From: an uncultured delta proteobacterium
Lineage (GTDB): Bacteria > Desulfobacterota > Binatia > JACPRU01
Direction: 5' to 3'
NCBI GenBank assembly: GCA_963745025.1
Contig: CAVUWD010000008.1
Location: 1-64,000 of the forward strand
Length of the DNA stretch: 64,000 nucleotides
The notes under the pieces are model-generated. The model was not told where the DNA came from and searched no databases. It was given only the letters and a program-made list of their open reading frames with translations. A program made the position numbers and the translations under genes. This document shows positions 13,287-25,649 of this stretch, piece after piece (the first letter of the stretch is position 1; each line of letters starts with the position of its first letter).

Positions 13287-14459
13287 ATGCGTGACGCCCC
13301 AACCGAGCGCAGCACCAACGGGCCCGCGAACGGGGCCGAGATCGACGTCGAGCTCGGCGCCGATCGGACGTTGCGCGTTCACGTCGCCGGCCGATGGGAG
13401 CTCCGGGGCGGGCTGCCGTCGACACGGTTCGTCGAGCAGGCGCTCCGAACCTCACATCCGCCGCGTCGCGGTGAGCTTCGAGGCCGCGCGGCTCGTCTCG
13501 TGGGACAGCTCTGTGCTCCTCGTCCTCCGGAGGATCGACCGGCTGTGCCGCGGCCTCGGTGTGCCCGTCACGCTGGAGCGGCTTCCCGTAGGCGCACGGC
13601 GACTTCTCGAACTCGCAGATACCGTACCCGAGCAGGCGAGCGCGCCCACGCCGGGCACGCGTCCGCCATGGCTGGCACGTGTCGGGGAGACCGTGACGAC
13701 CGGGTGGAACGGCGCCAGGGAGTCGATCGGGTTCCTCGGCGAGACGACACTCGCGTTCGCGCGGGTTCTCACCGGTCGCGCGACGTTTCGCCTGCGCGAC
13801 CTCGCCATCGTCGTGCAGGACTGCGGGCCGCAGGCGCTCGGGATCGTGACGCTCATCAACTTCCTGGTCGGGATGATCGTCGCGTTCGTGGGCGCCATCG
13901 AGCTGCGGCGGTTCGGAGCCGCCGTCTACGTCGCGGACCTGGTCGCGATCGCGACCGTCCGCGAGCTCGGCTGCATCATGACCGGGATCATCATGGCCGG
14001 ACGCACCGGCTCGGGATTCGCGGCGCAGCTCGGCACGATGAACGTCAATCAGGAGATCGAGGCGTTCGTGACGATGGGAATTCCTCCGATGGAGTTCCTC
14101 GTCGTCCCGCGCGTGCTCGCGCTCTGCGTGATGATGCCGCTCCTCTGCCTCTATGCCGATCTGATCGGTATCCTCGGCGGTGCGGCGGTCGCGGTCGGCA
14201 TGCTGGGCCAGTCGCCGCTGCAGTACTGGGTGGAGACGCGGCAGGCGATCGGGTTCACGAGCATCGGCCTCGGAATCGGAAAGAGCGTCGTCTTCGGGGC
14301 GCTGATCGCCGCTCGCGGGCTGCCTGCGCGGGATGAAGTCGGGGCGCGACGCCGCCGCCGTCGGCGAGGCGGCGACGTCCGCCGTCGTGCTCGCGATCAC
14401 CTGGATCATCGCGACCGATGGCATCTTCGCCGTCATCTGCGAACGCAGTCGGGATCTGA
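13287..14459 (+). CDS. mlaE: MlaE-family ABC permease with N-terminal STAS-like domain (frameshifted)
   Basis: VRELGCIMTGIIMAGRTGSGFAAQLGTMNVNQEIEA, FLVVPRVLAL. Confidence 0.85.
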
Positions 14460-14460
14460 C

Positions 14461-15246
14461 GTGGCGGAAGAGCGTGCGGTCCACGTTCGCGTGAAGAACC
14501 TGACGATGGCGTTCGGGGACCGCGTCCTCATGCGAGACCTCGACTTCGACATCCGTCGTGGCGACATCTTCTTCATCATCGGCGGGAGCGGATGCGGGAA
14601 GACGACGCTCCTGCGGCATCTCATCGGCCTGCAACGAGCCGGCGCGCGGCGAGGTCTGGTACGGCGACGTCAATTTCACGGCCGCCTCGGACGAGGAACG
14701 CGAACGGATCCAGCGCCGCTTCGGCATCCTGTTCCAGCGGGGCGCGCTCTGGAGCTCCATGACCCTTGCCGAAAACGTCGGCCTGCCGCTCGAGCAGTTC
14801 ACGCCGCTCGCGCCAGCGGAGATCGGGGAGGCCGCGACTCTGAAGCTGTCGCTCGTGGGACTGCAGCGGTTTCGAGGACTACTTCCCGTCCGAGATCAGC
14901 GGTGGCATGCAGAAGCGCGCGGGTCTCGCACGCGCGATCGCACTCGACCCGGACGTGCTCTTCTTCGACGAGCCGTCCGCGGGTCTCGATCCGGTCACCT
15001 CGCGGCTGCTCGACGACCTTATCCTGTCGTTGCGAGACAGCCTCGGAGCGACCGTGGTGATCGTCTCGCACGAGCTGCGCGAGCATCTTCGCGATCGCCG
15101 ACGACTGCGTCTTCCTCGACACCGAGATGCACACGATCAGCGCGCGCGGCAACCCACGCCAGCTGCTCGAAGCGCCGCCGAACGAGAACATCCGTCGCTT
15201 TCTCACCCGCGGGCGTATCGATGGCGGGGCCGGAGTCACGCCGTGA
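14461..15246 (+). CDS. mlaF: MlaF-like ABC ATPase (frameshifted)
   Basis: GGSGCGKTT, SGGMQKRAGLARA, LFFDEPSAGLDP, VSHE. Confidence 0.85.
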
Positions 15247-16185
15247 GCCGCGGTCGCCGGGCGAACCCGGTAATCATCGGCGCGTTCGTTCTCGGCGCGC
15301 TCGCGCTCGGTGCAGGCGGTCGTCGTCGTGTGGGGATCGGGGCGGTTGTTCCGCCACACCGCGACGTTCGTCTCGTACTTCAGCGGGTCGGTGAACGGCC
15401 TCAACCTCGGAGCGCCGGTCAAGTTCCACGGCGCCCAGATCGGTTCCGTGACCCAGATCCGGTCCCGGCTGGTGCAAGCCGCCAAGATCAGGCCGGAAGA
15501 GTTCCGAGTCCCTGTGTGGTTCGACATCGACCTGCAAGAGCTTTCCGAGCTCGGCGCGCCGGTCGAGCTGGACCGCGCGCAGCATCGACGAGCTGATCTC
15601 GCTGGGCCTCCGCGCCAAGCTCGAGCTGGAGAGCTTCGTCACCGGCGTCCTGTACCTCAGCCTCGAATTTCTCCCTGACTCGCCCGTCGTTCTGGTCCAC
15701 GCGGATCGGCCCGAGATCTTCGAAATCCCGACGCGTGCCGACCACGCTCGAGCGGGCGTCGGAGGTGATCGCGAAGTTCATGGCAGAGATCGAGAAGAGT
15801 GACATTGACGCGGCCGTCCACTCGATCACCGCGGCCGTTGACGGCGTGAACGAGCTGGTTCGTTCTCCAGAGGTCCACCGGGCGGTTACCGCGGCTCGCG
15901 AGGCGCTCGAGTCGATCCGACGCCTCAGCGACACTGCGGAGCCACGGGTCCAGCCGATGATGCAGAAGCATCGAGGCGACGGGCGCGGGCGCCCGAGACT
16001 CGCTGCGACATCTCGATGCGGCGCTCGCCGATGTGCAGACGCTCATCGACAAGGAGGGACCGCTCAACGTCGAGCTCACCCGGACGCTCGCAGACCTCGG
16101 TGACGCGGCCCGCAGCGTCAGGGATCTCGCTGGCTATCTCGAGCGCAATCCCAACGCGCTCCTCGTCGGACGGCCTAGACCGTGA
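15243..16185 (+). CDS. MCE/MlaD-family protein (frameshifted)
   Basis: ANPVIIGAFV, FSGSVNGLNLGAPVKFHGAQIGSV, helical tail ending YLERNPNALLVG. Confidence 0.8.
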
Positions 16186-16814
16186 GGCATCGTCCCTGCC
16201 GGTCTCCCGCGGCCGCATGGACCACGCTCGCCCTCGCCGTTCTCGCTTCGTCGTGCATGCTTGGGCCGCGTTCGGACCCGACCCGGTTCTACGTCCTGGC
16301 AGCGACCGCTCCCGACCACCCGCCCGCTCCCGGCTCGCTCGTCGTCGGTCTCGGCCCGATCACGATGCCCGGCTACTTGCAGCACCCCATGCTCGTAACC
16401 CGGCCGGACGCCACGCAGGTCCGCTACGCGGATTTCGATCGCTGGGCCGAGCCGCTCCCGACGCTCTTCGGCCGAGCACTGGGCCAGGACCTCTCCGCAC
16501 TACTCGGCGCCCGCATCGTGCCGCACCCGTGGTACCGCGGCACCCCGCTCGATGTCGTCGTGCGCGTCGACGTGACCTCTTTCGAGTCCGACGCCGCCGG
16601 CGACGCGAGGCTGAATGCGTGCTGGACCGTTCACGAGTCGCCCACACGGTCGGCGTCCCGGGACGAGTGCTCGTCGATCGTCGAGGTGGTCGACGAGCGT
16701 GACACGCAGGCTCGCGTCGCCGCGCTCAGCCGTGCCGTCGGCGAGCTGGCCCAGCGGCTGGCGAGCGCGATCCGCTCATGTCCGCGGAGGGAAGCGTCTC
16801 CAGGTACGGAGTGA
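16182..16814 (+). CDS. PqiC-like ABC auxiliary lipoprotein
   Basis: Lipobox LASSC, TRFYVL, MPGYL, RWAEPL; last gene of the MCE operon. Confidence 0.8.
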   Translation: MRHRPCRSPAAAWTTLALAVLASSCMLGPRSDPTRFYVLAATAPDHPPAPGSLVVGLGPITMPGYLQHPMLVTRPDATQVRYADFDRWAEPLPTLFGRALGQDLSALLGARIVPHPWYRGTPLDVVVRVDVTSFESDAAGDARLNACWTVHESPTRSASRDECSSIVEVVDERDTQARVAALSRAVGELAQRLASAIRSCPRREASPGTE

Positions 16815-16974
16815 CTGCGGCGAAGGTGGGTATCAAGTACGATGTTGCTTCGCACGCTGTGTCAGAGGCGTGGTGGCGTGAAAAACCCAAGAAGGGATGC
16901 AAAGCGACCCGGTATGAGGGTGATAGCCGTCGAATGGCTCGACGCGATCCAAAACTCAGAAGGAGGAGAAGCGT

Positions 16975-17403
16975 ATGAAACGGATGGTAGGAATCGCAGC
17001 GATTGCCGCGCTCGGTCTCTGCATGACGATGGCCCGGGCGGAGGACAAGCCGGACGCAACACTCAAATTGAGCGGAGGCTCGATCGCGGCGGGCGTGGGC
17101 ATCGTCTGGGAAAAGGGGACGTTGAGCTTTCAGGGCAAGGATTGGCCTGTCGAGGTGAGGGGGCTCAGCGTGGGTGACGTCGGCGTCACTAAGATCGACG
17201 CCACTGGCGAGGTGTACGGCCTCAAGAAGGTCCCGGACTTCAACGGGACCTACGCGGCCGCCGGTGCTGGTGGGACCGCGGCCGTAGGCGGGACCGGGGT
17301 GGTGATGACGAACGAGAACGGCGTGACCGTCAAGCTGGTTTCGGCCACCCAAGGCATCAATATCGGCGCGGGCGTTGGGGGTGTCGTGATGAAGATTCGC
17401 TAG
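16975..17403 (+). CDS. Small secreted Gly-rich beta protein, DUF1134/EipA-like
   Basis: [10 protein letters not shown], signal peptide, GGSIAAGVG..GTLSFQG..GEVYGLKKVPDFNGTY..MTNENGV. Confidence 0.7.
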   Translation: MKRMVGIAAIAALGLCMTMARAEDKPDATLKLSGGSIAAGVGIVWEKGTLSFQGKDWPVEVRGLSVGDVGVTKIDATGEVYGLKKVPDFNGTYAAAGAGGTAAVGGTGVVMTNENGVTVKLVSATQGINIGAGVGGVVMKIR

Positions 17404-17689
17404 TGAAGCGCTCCACCACGTGCTGACCTGGTCTGCATCGCGCGCGCATGTCGACCGTCGTGGGCTCGCGAGCTCTTCCGCGGTGGTGGACCCCTCCGGG
17501 CGCCCCGGGGGCTTGACGGTTCGGCGCGTCCAGTCTTCGCGCAACAGAGATCCCTCGCGCGCGCCGCGAAAGCGCCGACCAGACATCGAGGGACCGTCGC
17601 TCCTCTGGCCGTTGCGTCGCTCTCCGGTCTCCGCGGCGCGACGGCTCCCACGGCATCCGGGAGCAAGCGAACAAGAGGGACCCGGGAAG

Positions 17690-17930
17690 ATTCTCACGCT
17701 CGGTCTTGCCCTCGCCGGACTCGCGCTCGGAGCATGCAGCGCCGAAAAGAAGGTCTGGTCAGCGGTTCCGCGACCGAACGCCGAGTTGATGATACCCGAA
17801 TCCGTCGTCGTCGTCGGGACGCTAAGCGAGAAGATCGTGACGGTGACCGGGACGGTGCAGCAGATGGACTTGGAGACGCGCCAGGTCACGCTCCTCACGT
17901 CCAGCGCGCTCGGATCAGGCGCCTTCACCA
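17690..17930 (+). pseudogene. Lipoprotein gene fragment
   Basis: LALAGLALGAC lipobox followed by VTVTGTVQQMDLETRQVTL; no clear start. Confidence 0.35.
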
Positions 17931-18064
17931 CCGACCATGGGCGCCGACTTCCGGACCGTGATCGCGAGCCTAGAACACGGGAACATCCATCTGCGGTAGC
18001 GCGGCAGTTTCGTCCTTGGACTGTTTGTTAGCGCTGAGCAGGAAGATTTGCGTGCCGGTACTAA

Positions 18065-18260
18065 TGAGCGCGCAGGCAGCTCTGGCGCCAGATGACAAGC
18101 ACCCCAGCTCGGTATGCAGTAGACGCGCTTAGTGAAGATGCGTTTCTCCTGTACTCCGAAACCTGAGCGGGAACAAGGAGCGAAACGACTTCAAACTCGA
18201 TCGCTTGTGTCACCGGATCAGTCGTTCCATTCCGGGGCGTATCATACGACCCGCGCCGAT
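18065..18260 (+). pseudogene. Highly degenerate remnant of the glycosyltransferase found at 26100-26600
   Basis: acctgagcgggaacaaggagcgaaacgacttcaaactcgatcgcttgtgtca aligns with acctgagcgggcacgaagagcgaaacgacgttgagctccatcgctggtgtca (~26234). Confidence 0.65.
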
Positions 18261-18353
18261 GGCCTAAACCTCTCGCGCGCGCTTCACGACGGCGCTGAAC
18301 ACGCACTTGTAACAATACATTAACCTGCTCGCAAACAACGGGAGAACGTCACC

Positions 18354-19451
18354 ATGGCTCTTGCTTCGCTTGCTGCTCGTGCACCGCAATGCCGCGTCGA
18401 GGGCCTCGAAGACATCGCGCTTGGAATGGTCAGCGGTGGCAGGGGAATTCTTGCCGCCGACGAGACGTCCCCGACCCTGACCAAGCGATTCGACGTGCTC
18501 GGCATCCAGTCGACCCCGGACAGTCGTCGCGCGTATCGCGAGATGCTCTTCACGTCTCCCGGTGTGGCTGAGTTCATCAGCGGTGCTATCTTGTACGATG
18601 AGACGATTCGCCAGAAGAGCGCCGGCGGAACTCCGCTCGGCGAGGTGCTCTCGAGCCGAGGAATCCTCCTCGGCATCAAGGTCGATAGCGGAGCGAAGCC
18701 GCTCGCCGGCTGTCCCGGCGAGAGCGTGACGGAAGGGCTCGACGGTCTTCGCGGCCGCCTCTCCGAGTATCGAGAGATGGGCGCCCGGTTCGCGAAATGG
18801 CGCGCGGTCATTCGCATCGACGACTCGCTACCGACCTCGACGTGCGTGAGTGTCAATGCACACGCTCTCGCTCGCTACGCGGCGCTCTGCCAGGAAGCGG
18901 GTCTGGTGCCGATCGTCGAGCCTGAAGTGCTGATGGACGGCGCACACGGGATCGAGCGTTGCGAGGAAGTGACCGGCGAGGTCCTCCATACGGTGTTCGA
19001 CGCTCTCTTCGATCAGCGCGTCTCGCTGGAATCGATGCTGCTCAAGCCCAACATGGTCATCGCGGGGCAGAAGTGCTCTTGCCAGGCCTCCGTTGAGGAA
19101 GTCGCGACCTCCACGTTACGCTGCCTCCGCGAGCACGTTCCCGCGGCAGTCCCCGGCATCGTCTTCCTGTCGGGCGGCCAGAACGATCGCATGGCCACCG
19201 CTCACCTGAATGCGATCAATCGACTCCCCGGAGACAAACCGTGGAAGATCGGCTTCTCTTACGGGCGCGCCCTTCAAGACCCGGCACTTGCAGCGTGGCG
19301 CGGAAACGACCAGAACTCGGAGGCCGCACAGGATGCCCTGTACCACCGGGCAAAGTGCAATGCTGCGGCCGCCCGCGGCGCCTACTCCGACGAGGTGGAA
19401 CTGGCATCAACAACGGCCAGTGTGCCCGTATACCACGGAGAAGACGACTAG
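18354..19451 (+). CDS. fba: Class I fructose-bisphosphate aldolase
   Basis: GILAADE, GIKVDSG, FAKWRAV, GLVPIVEPEV, LLKPNMV, FLSGGQ, FSYGRALQ. Confidence 0.95.
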   Translation: MALASLAARAPQCRVEGLEDIALGMVSGGRGILAADETSPTLTKRFDVLGIQSTPDSRRAYREMLFTSPGVAEFISGAILYDETIRQKSAGGTPLGEVLSSRGILLGIKVDSGAKPLAGCPGESVTEGLDGLRGRLSEYREMGARFAKWRAVIRIDDSLPTSTCVSVNAHALARYAALCQEAGLVPIVEPEVLMDGAHGIERCEEVTGEVLHTVFDALFDQRVSLESMLLKPNMVIAGQKCSCQASVEEVATSTLRCLREHVPAAVPGIVFLSGGQNDRMATAHLNAINRLPGDKPWKIGFSYGRALQDPALAAWRGNDQNSEAAQDALYHRAKCNAAAARGAYSDEVELASTTASVPVYHGEDD

Positions 19452-19562
19452 CTGTTTCGCGAAGATCGTCCGGCCGACGCCTTCGGCGACCGCAGCGAGA
19501 ATGCGAACGTTTGCTCGAGATTGGCGGGAGCGGCCGGATGCTAGCACCGGAAGGAGAGATTC

Positions 19563-21981
19563 ATGGCGAAAGCTCTGTCTGACAAGGACCTCGCTCTCAT
19601 CGATGCGTACTGGCGGGCCGCTAACTACCTCTCGGTCGGCCAGATCTATCTGTACGACAATCCGCTGCTGAAGCAGCCTCTGACCAAGGAGCACGTCAAG
19701 CCGCGGCTCCTCGGTCACTGGGGAACCACGCCGGGTCTCAACTTCATCTACGTCCACCTGAATCGGCTCATCAAGGAGCACGACCTCGAACATGATCTAC
19801 ATCACGGGTCCGGGCCATGGCGGGCCGGGCCTGGTCGCCAACGCCTACCTCGAAGGCGACGTACAGCGAGGTCTATCCGAACATCTCCCAGGACGAAGAG
19901 GGCATGAAGCGGCTCTTCAAGCCAGTTCTCTTTCCCCGGCGGCATTCCGAGCCACGTCGCGCCCGAGACGCCCGGCTCGATCCACGAGGGCGGCGAGCTC
20001 GGCTACGCTGTCTCGCACGCCTACGGCGCCGCTTTCGACAACCCCGATCTGATCGTTGCGTGCGTCGTCGGCGACGGCGAAGCCGAGACCGGGCCGCTGG
20101 CGACCAGCTGGCATTCCAACAAGTTCCTGAACCCGGTCAGCGACGGGGCGGTCCTGCCGATCCTTCACCTCAACGGCTACAAGATCGCCAACCCCTGCGT
20201 ACTCGCCCGCATCAGCCACGAGGAGCTCGATCAGCTCTTCCGGGGCTACGGCTACACGCCCTATTTCGTCGAGGGCCACGAGCCGAAGGCGATGCACCAG
20301 CTGATGGCGGCAACGCTCGACACGATCGTCAAGGACATCCAGCGGATCAAGGCCGACGCGCGTCAGCACGGCTTCAAGAAGCGCCCACTCTGGCCGATGA
20401 TCGTCCTGCGCACGCCCAAGGGATGGACCTGCCCGAAGGAGATCGACGGCAAGCGGACCGAGGACTACTGGCGCTCCCACCAGGTGCCGATGGGCGAGAT
20501 GCACGAGAAGCCCGAGCACGTGCGCATCCTCGAGCAATGGATGAAGAGCTACAAGCCGGAGGAGCTCTTCGACGGCAGACGGCCGGCTCAAGCCCGAGCT
20601 CGCCGAGCTGCGCACCGAAGGGCGACCGCCGCATGAGCGCCAATCCGCACGCCAACGGCGGCGCCGTTCTGCGCGACCTGCGCCTGCCGGACTTCCGCGA
20701 CTACGCCGTCAAGGTGCCCAGCCCCGGCGCGGCCAATGCCGAGTCGACGCGGGTCATGGGCAAGTTTCTCCGCGACGTGATGAAGCTCAACATGGAGGCA
20801 CGAACTTCCGGCTCTTCAGCCCGGACGAGAACAACTCGAACCGCTGGCAGGACGTGCTCGAGGTCACCAATCGCGCCTGGATGGCCGAGACCTACGCCTG
20901 GGACGACCATCTCGCCCGGACGGCCGCGTGATGGAGATGCTGAGCGAGCACCAGTGCCAGGGCTGGCTCGAGGGCTATCTGCTGACCGGCCGGCACGGCT
21001 TCTTCTCGTGCTACGAGGCGTTCATCCACATCATCGACTCGATGTTCAACCAGCACGCCAAGTGGCTGAAGGTGTGCGACGCACATCCCGTGGCGCCGGC
21101 CGATCGCCTCGCTCAACTATCTGCTCTCGCTCGCACGTCTGGCGGCAGGACCACAACGGCTTCAGCCACCAGGACCCGGGCTTCATCGACCACGTCGTCA
21201 ACAAGAAGGCCGAGGTCGTCCGCGTCTACCTGCCGCCCGACGCCAACTGCCTGCTGTCGGTGACCGATCACTGCCTGCGCAGCCGCAACTACGTCAACGT
21301 CGTCGTCGCCGGCAAGCAGCCGGCCCCGCAGTGGCTTGACCATGGACGAGGCGATCAAGCACTGCACCGCCGGGCTCGGGCATCTGGGAATGGGCCAGCA
21401 ACGACCAAGGCGGCGAGCCCGACGTGGTGATGGCCTGCTGCGGCGACGTGCCGACGCTGGAGACGCTCGCGGCCGTCGAGCTGCTGCGCCAGCACGCTGC
21501 CCGAGCTGAAGATCCGCGTCATCAACGTCGTCGACCTGATGAAGCTGCAGCCGCAGAGCGAGCATCCGCACGGGCTGTCGCGACCAGGATTTCGACGCGC
21601 TGTTCACCACGGACAAGCCGATCATCTTCGCCTTCCACGGCTACCCGTGGCTGATCCACCGGCTGACCTACCGGCGGACGAACCACAAGAACCTGCACGT
21701 GCGCGGCTACAAGGAAGAAGGCACGACGACCACGCCGTTCGACATGGTGCGTGCTGAACGACCTCGATCGCTTCCACCTGGTGAGCGACGTGATCGACCG
21801 CGTGCCGCAGCTCGGCGCCCGGGCCGCCTACGCCAAGCAGGCGATCCGCGACAAGCTGATCGAGCACAAGCAGTACATCGCCCGGCACGGCGACGACATG
21901 CCCGAGATCACCGGCTGGAAGTGGGGGCAGGCGGCCGGTCGCCGGCCGACGGGCAGCTCGACCGAGGCCGACAACGTCTGA
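19563..21981 (+). CDS. xfp: Xylulose-5-P/fructose-6-P phosphoketolase (many apparent indels)
   Basis: [83 protein letters not shown]. Confidence 0.92.
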
Positions 21982-22028
21982 GCCGAGAGAAGGCGGCTGC
22001 GGGTTCATGAGGACCGAGTCTTCCGATC

Positions 22029-22310
22029 ATGGCGATCCGACAAGGTCTGCACAGGCACGGGGAGACCGCGTGGAGCCTCACCGGGCAGCACACGGGCACG
22101 ACGGACATCCCGTTGACCGACAACGGGCGTCGGCTCGCCGAGCGGATCGGCCCGCGCTGAGCAAGGAGAAATTCGCGCTCGTCCTGACCAGCCCGTTGCA
22201 GCGGGCGCGGACTGCGAGCTGGCGGGTCTCGGAGCCGGCGCCGTGATCGACGCGGATCTCGTCGAGTGGAACTACGGGGACTACGAGGGACTGACCCCAC
22301 GAGCAGATTC
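22029..22310 (+). pseudogene. Histidine phosphatase (PGM-like) N-terminal remnant
   Basis: [42 protein letters not shown]. Confidence 0.75.
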
Positions 22311-22314
22311 GCCG

Positions 22315-22513
22315 CTGTCATCCGCGAGCGGGTGCTGCCGTGGCGCCGCGTGGCGCGGACTGGAGCTCGCCCGAGGCCGCGAACGAACGCGTGGCGGCCG
22401 CCTCGATTAGCCGACGGGTGCTGCTCCCGTCGCGGCGTCGGGTGATACCGACGAACGAGGAGCTGATGATCGCGCGACACACACGGCGGGTGATCGAAGG
22501 GCGGTCTTCCTGA
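22315..22513 (+). pseudogene. ackA: Acetate kinase C-terminal remnant
   Basis: IRERV..AW.GLEL and [18 protein letters not shown], compared with [14 protein letters not shown] at ~4615-4655. Confidence 0.7.
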
Positions 22514-22569
22514 CGAGAGGTCTACGCGGCGCTGCTCCAACGAGTGGCTCCGAGGGAAGGAGAAAGCAA

Positions 22570-25088
22570 ATGAGCAGGACCAGCGAACTCGCCTCCGTGA
22601 CGTCGCCGGACATCGATCCGACGCTCCTCGAACAATACGGGTGCGGCCCGATCCGGTTCTCGGGCACGGACGACGGTCTCTACGAGCGGCATCTCCTCTT
22701 CGACAACGTCGTCGACCCGGCCGACGGCCGGCCCGCGCGAGCAGTTCGAGGCCTTCGCCCGCTCCGTGCGGGACGTCCTCTCGCAGCGCTGGGTGCGCAC
22801 GGAGCAGACCTACGAGCGCGAGAACCCCAAGCGCGTCTACTACCTCTCGATGGAGTTTCTCATCGGCCGCTCGCTGGCCAACAACGTCACCAACCTCTTG
22901 CTCGATCCATTGCGCAAGGCAGGTCGTCGAGACAGAAGAGCCTCGACTGGCTCGAGCTTGCTCGAGCAGGAGCCCGACGCGGGCCTCGGCAACGGCGGGC
23001 TCGGCCGCCTGGCGGCCTGCTTCCTCGACTCGATGGCGACGATGCAGCTGCCGGCCATGGGCTACGGCCTGCGCTACGAATACGGCATTTTCAGGCAGTC
23101 GCATCGAGGACGGCTGGCAGCACGAGCAGCCGGACAACTGGCTGCGGCGACCCGGATCCGTGGGAGGTCGCGCGTCCGCAGCGAGCAGGTCGAGGTCAAG
23201 CTCAACTGCTCGTTCGAGCTGCGCGGCGGGAGCCTGCGCCGGTTCCCGGCCGGCCGTCCACGCTGATCGGCATCCCGTTCGATCGTCCGGTCGTCGGCTA
23301 CGGCGGCAAGACCATCAACACGCTGCGGCTCTGGGCGGCCGGCCGCGCCCGATTACTTCGACTTCCAGCAGTTCAGCAGCGGCGACTTCGTCGGCGCGCT
23401 GGCCGAGACGCTCGCCGCCGAATCGCTCACGCGGGTGCTCTACCCGGACGACTCCACGAGCATGGGACAGGGACTGCGCTTCGTGCAGGAGTACTTCCTC
23501 GTCGCCTGCTCGCTGGCCGACCTCGTGCGGCGCTTCCGCCGGAGCAACGCCGATTGGAACGCGCTGCCCGAGAAGGTCGCCATCCAGCTCAACGACACGC
23601 ACCCGACGCTGGCCGTTCCCGAGCTGATGCGGATCCTGCTCGACGAGGCAAGCTCGGGTGGGACGAGGCCTGGGATCTCACGCAGCGCACGCTGGCCTAC
23701 ACCAATCACACGCTGCTGCCCGGAGGCGCTGGAGAAGTGGCCGCTCGCCGTGGTTCGAGATGCTGCTGCCGCGCCATCTGGAGATCATCTACGAGATCAA
23801 CCGCCGCCTGCTCGACGACGGTCCGCGAGCCGCTTCCCGGGCGACGAGGGCCGCGTCGCGCGCGTGAGCCTCATCGAGGAAGGACGCGAGCGCAAGATCC
23901 GCATGGCCAACCTGGCCATCGTCGGCTCGCACAGCACCAACGGCGTGGCCGCGATTCACTCCGAGCTGCTGCGCACGCATGACGGTCAGGGACCTGGCCG
24001 AGATGTTCCCCGAGCGGTTCAACAACAAGACCAACGGCGTGACGCCGCGCCGCTGGCTGCTGCTGGCCAACCCGGCGCTCGCCGCACGATCACCGACGCC
24101 ATCGGCGACGGCTGGATCACCGACCTCGCCCAACTCGCGCAAGCTCAAGCCGCTCGCCGACGACGACGGCTTCCGCGACGCCGTTCGCAAGGCCAAGCGC
24201 GAGGCGAAGACGCAGTTTGCCGATTGGCTCAAGGCCACCTCCGGCCAGACGGTCGACCCGGACACGATCTTCGACTGCCAGGTCAAGCGCATCCACGAGT
24301 ACAAGCGGCAGCTGCTGAACGCGCTGCGCATCGTGGTGCTCTACAACCGGCTGCGCGAGAATCCCGGGCTCGACGATCGCGCCGCGCACGTTCTTCTTCG
24401 CCGGCAAGGCGGCGCCCGCCTACCACCTGGCCAAGCTCATCATCAAGTTCATCAACAATCTGGCCGGCACGATCGACGGCGACCCGGCCGTGCGGGATCG
24501 GCTGAAGGTCGTGTTCCTGCCCGATTACTGCGTCTCGCTCGCCGAGCGGCTGATCCCGGCCAGCGACGTCTCGAACCAGATCTCGACCGCCGGCTACGAA
24601 GCCAGCGGCACGAGCAACATGAAGTTCATGATGAACGGGGCGCTGACGATCGGCACGCGCGACGGCGCGACCATCGAGATGGCCGAGGAGGCGGGCGAGG
24701 AGAACTTCTTCCTGTTCGGGCTGACGGCCGAGCAGGTGGCCGGCGAGCCGCGGCTGGTACAATCCGCACTGGCACTACGACAACGAGCCGGAGACGCGGG
24801 CGGCGCTCGACCTGATCTTCTCCGATCACTTCAGCCGCGACGAGCCGGGCGTCTTCGCGGCCGCTGCGCGACACGCTGCTGACGCACGGCGACCACTACA
24901 TGCACCTGGCCGACCTCCGCTCCTATCTCGAGGCGGACGAGCGCTTGGGCGAGCTCTACGCCGACCCGCAAGCGTGGACGCGCAAGGCCATCCTCAACGT
25001 GGCCGGCTCCGGGAAGTTCTCCAGCGACCGCACCATCGCCGAGTATGCCGCCGAGATCTGGAACGCGAAGCCCTGTCCCGTGAAGTAG
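22570..25088 (+). CDS. glgP: Glycogen/alpha-glucan phosphorylase (many apparent indels)
   Basis: [71 protein letters not shown]. Confidence 0.93.
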
Positions 25089-25108
25089 GACGGAAGATCG
25101 TGTCCAAC

Positions 25109-25183
25109 GTTTGTGTGGCAGACGCTCGCGAAGACCTTGATCAAGATCTCTCCCAGCCCGGGCTTAGGAACCGGCACGCCTTC
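25109..25183 (-). pseudogene. Tiny remnant of a Zn-dependent alcohol dehydrogenase N-terminus
   Basis: EGVPVPKPGLGEILIKVFASVCHTN resembles the AdhP pattern VPVPxPGxGE(I/V)LxK..GVCHTD. Confidence 0.55.
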
Positions 25184-25193
25184 AGGGAGCACC

Positions 25194-25649
25194 ATGGATA
25201 TGGCGTATTTCTCCGCTTTCGCCGCATTGGCCGGCTCGGTGATCGGCGGCCCCACCTCGTTGGCGGCATCGTGGCTGACGCAACGCGAGCAGGCCATTGC
25301 CCAGCAGCGCGCCCATGAAATCGGGAGGCGGGAAGAACTGTACAAGGACTTCATTGAAGAGGCCTCGAAAACGCTTGCCGATGCCATCGAACACAGTGAG
25401 GTGGATGCCGCGAAACTCGTCCGCCTCTACGCGCTAGTCAGCCGGATGCGGGTCTTGTCGTCGCAACGAGTGGTCGAGCAGGCCGACGCGGTCATGCGAC
25501 GGCTCATGGAAACGTACGAAGCCCCGAACAGGACGATTCGCGAAGTGGCGGACAGTCTGAAAGACAACGGGCTCGACCCCCTGCGCGATTTCAGCGAGGC
25601 GTGCCGGGACGAATTCAAGAGGCAGTTGGCCGTTCGAAAACGTCTTTGA
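25194..25649 (+). CDS. Hypothetical protein with N-terminal membrane anchor
   Basis: SD GGGAG, clean 151-aa ORF, hydrophobic N-terminus followed by a helical charged domain. Confidence 0.7.
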   Translation: MDMAYFSAFAALAGSVIGGPTSLAASWLTQREQAIAQQRAHEIGRREELYKDFIEEASKTLADAIEHSEVDAAKLVRLYALVSRMRVLSSQRVVEQADAVMRRLMETYEAPNRTIREVADSLKDNGLDPLRDFSEACRDEFKRQLAVRKRL

